A stretch of DNA of 64,000 bases from Takakia lepidozioides. Taxonomy: Eukaryota; Plantae; Bryophyta. Below are positions 63,901 to 64,000 of this stretch, piece after piece. The position numbers and the translations under genes are program-made. The stretch spans positions 5,208,001 to 5,272,000 of the forward strand of contig CM060732.1 in the NCBI GenBank assembly GCA_030704615.1, in the 5' to 3' direction. Under the pieces are notes generated by a model. The model saw nothing but the letters and a program-made list of their open reading frames with translations. It did not search any database and had not been told where the DNA came from. The first letter of the stretch is position 1, and every line of letters starts with the position of its first letter.

Positions 63901-64000
63901 TTGGCCTATCCAGAGCTGGCGGGTAAGCTCATAGGAAACCCACCATCCTCCTAAACATACATGTGAGGCCCTCTGGACAACCATTGCCAGAGGCTTTTGT
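40474..64000 (+). CDS. Multi-exon divergent RME-8/DNAJC13/GRV2-like gene, running off the window end
   Basis: GT-AG exons such as 40474-40798, 41714-41838, ~43690-43803, 44953-45175, 57704-57860, 59064-59157, 61402-61671, ~62837-63035, ~63706-63921; IWN-like motifs TPVLVWND and PEVIWNMEMRQRL..ALY..P.LAYPEL; AMAHLYKLGAF..VAKFLSQSH; exon list incomplete. Confidence 0.72.
43050..43535 (-). mobile_element. Rearranged LINE RT fragments in an intron
   Basis: Minus strand reads LWSSGIKGKMCRVVHNLYALTKSCVTVNGQKSN, matching the RT at 49.7 and 50.7 kb. Confidence 0.8.
45959..46597 (+). mobile_element. 5'-truncated LINE copy next to a (TC)n microsatellite
   Basis: KLRAGSLPL..CPSCGQSED; ends cttatgagtacaa; flanked by tctctct tracts. 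Confidence 0.85.
46700..52111 (+). mobile_element. Near full-length degenerate LINE (APE endonuclease, RT, C-terminal Cys motif) with an internal ~1 kb duplication
   Basis: VGCVYMP, ILLGDFNARVG, SDH; QAGFR, FLDVKKAYDTVWR, GVAQGCTLSP, FADD, RPALEYASAIW; 48945-49935 is repeated at 49945-50905; 5' boundary uncertain. Confidence 0.88.
52955..53513 (+). mobile_element. 5'-truncated LINE copy with a 16-bp TSD
   Basis: tctgatgaattgtagt at 52939-52954 and 53514-53529; body nearly identical to 46039-46597. Confidence 0.92.
57379..57447 (-). mobile_element. 69-bp LINE 3' tip with a 14-bp TSD
   Basis: tcttgacagataga at 57365-57378 and 57448-57461; insert is the reverse complement of the LINE tail. Confidence 0.9.

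Overview
Eukaryotic nuclear DNA from a plant, probably a non-seed land plant (inferred from abundant PLS-DYW PPR sequences and GT-AG introns). (1) 2844-14048 is a Ty3/gypsy-type LTR retroelement inserted into a PPR-E-DYW pseudogene. Its pol encodes protease, a full set of DNMT3-like cytosine-5 methyltransferase motifs, RT, RNase H, DDE integrase and a C-terminal PHD finger. It has a self-complementary (Tf1-like) primer site instead of a tRNA site, and a circularly permuted LTR layout (B...A-B-A) that looks like a 2-LTR circle integrated through the internal palindrome GACAGCTGTC. About 3.7 kb of apparently captured DNA, including GIY-YIG-like and DYW fragments, replaces most of gag. (2) About 15-37.4 kb is a field of broken PLS-PPR copies on both strands, many preceded by an intron-split OSB-type PDF ssDNA-binding motif, plus a phosphoglycerate-mutase-like pseudogene and a full-length PLS-E-DYW pseudogene. 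(3) 40.5-64 kb is the 5' part of a divergent multi-exon RME-8/DNAJC13/GRV2-like gene whose introns hold one long and several truncated copies of one LINE family. All calls are from motif recognition by eye; no searches were run.
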